From positions 238,917,198 to 238,981,197 of the forward strand of contig NC_133622.1 in the NCBI RefSeq assembly GCF_048593235.1: DNA of 64,000 nucleotides, written 5' to 3'. The translations under genes and the position numbers were made by a program. How positions within the stretch are numbered: position 1 is the stretch's first letter; every line of letters starts with the position of its first letter. This DNA is from Sminthopsis crassicaudata. Taxonomy: Eukaryota. Positions 62,860 to 64,000 of the stretch are shown one piece after another. The notes beneath the pieces were generated by a model, which was not told where the DNA came from, searched no databases, and worked only from the letters and a program-made list of their open reading frames with translations.

Positions 62860-64000
62860 TTAATTTCTTCAACTAAAGAAGAGCTAAAACAAAGAAATAA
62901 ATTTATATATCTACTTGCCTAATAAATATTCATGCAAAAATTTTTAAAGAAAACACTGGGAAGAAGAGTAGGCCAATATTCGAAAAGGATCATATTCTAT
63001 GAGTATGTAGGATTTATACCAAACACACAGGATTAATTCAGTTTTAGGAAAACCATCATCAAAATTGACCACATAAATATCAGAACCAATTATACCAATA
63101 GATCCTGAAAAAAATTAGATAAATTGAATCACTCATTCCTCTGAAAAATTCTAGATAACATAGGAATAAAGAGAGTTTTCCTTAAAATGATAATTCATAA
63201 AAATCATTCACAAGCATTATCTGTAATGGAGATAACCTGAAAGTTTTCCCACTAAGATCAGAGGTGACATAAGGGTGACCATTATTACTGCAATTATTCA
63301 ATATTATAAAGGAATGTTAGTTATAGCTACAAGAAAAGGAAAAGAAATTTAGCTAATTGGAATAGTGTTATGGTCCAGAACTTGAAACAAGGTGCTAATG
63401 CTTATGTACTTAGTTCACACCTTTAAAGGAGTTCACACCTTTAAGAGGGCATATATAAGAAGAAACCCATAGCCCACTTTCTCTTGGAGGCAGAGTCAGA
63501 TTCATTCTAACTTCCACCTTTGTGCTGGCTGGAGACATTTGGAGGACAAGAGGCTGAAGCTGGCAGAGACAAAAGACTAGTGGCAAGAGTTGTAGGAACC
63601 AAGAGATAGGCCTCAAACAAAGCTAACCAAGCTATTTTGAAAGAGACAATAAAGGATCTGAACTTTTAGCTCCTGGCTGCATTTGAAGTATTTATTAAAA
63701 CTGAACTGAAACTAAGGCTGCCTCTAGAAGCTCCCCAAGAAACCTGCTTCCAGAGAATGACTACATTTTAGAGAAGAGAACATTACAGAATAGAAAATGA
63801 GAAAACAAAACTATCATTCTTTTAACATGATACATGGACAATCCTAGGGAATCAACTTAAAATCCATATGAAAAAAATTAAGGACTTTATCAAAGTTGAT
63901 GAATACACAACGAACTCATATACATTTCCATCAAAGCCTAGGAGCAAGAGATTGAAAGAGAAATCCCATTTAAAATAACTCTAGACAATATAAAGTACTT
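62860..64000 (+). mobile_element. Old L1 ORF2 (RT region) remnant interrupted by an LTR
   Basis: Degenerate L1 RT phrases (gtaggatttataccaaacacacaggattaattc, gttttcccactaagatcagagg, gaaatcccatttaaaataact). Confidence 0.75.
63366..63787 (+). mobile_element. Solo LTR, 422 bp, with exact 6-bp TSD
   Basis: It runs TGTTATG...CATTACA with TSD GAATAG at 63360-63365 and 63788-63793. There is a TATA-like gcatatataag at about 63450 and AATAAA at about 63647. Confidence 0.92.

Overview
This is 64 kb of AT-rich marsupial genomic DNA. The CORE-SINE heads (WSINE1/Mar1-type) and the L1 3' ends point to an Australian marsupial, probably a dasyurid, but that is inference. The window is part of a class II olfactory receptor (OR) cluster with four intact single-exon OR genes, all on the + strand: one OR4P-like (16386-17324) and three OR5D-like paralogs (32551-33498, 50648-51592, 61281-62228). 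Each has a splice acceptor just upstream of its ATG. Between the first two OR5D genes, on the - strand, is a young, full-length processed retrocopy of ribulose-5-phosphate 3-epimerase (RPE). It has an intact 228-aa ORF, about 2.1 kb of 3' UTR, AATAAA, a 25-nt poly(A), a 14-17 bp target-site duplication (TSD) and a GC-box array at its 5' end. The rest is L1, L2, SINEs, many solo LTRs (some nested), microsatellites and two N gaps. The most notable observations are: (i) two OR5D genes take their last codons and stop codon from a shared Mar1-type SINE; (ii) the OR5D copies show stepwise loss of the ECL2-internal disulfide; (iii) the intact RPE retrocopy may have carried its own promoter, and a nearby inverted repeat preserves its empty site; (iv) a 535-bp fold-back LTR has 160-bp near-perfect inverted arms; (v) a 260-bp tandem array is built from NNT triplets; (vi) there are two strong CTCF motifs; (vii) a segmental duplication predicts another OR5D gene just upstream of the window. 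No prokaryotic features, CRISPR arrays or genuine tRNA/rRNA genes were found. Repeat family names come from pattern recognition, not a database search, and repeat boundaries without a TSD are approximate.
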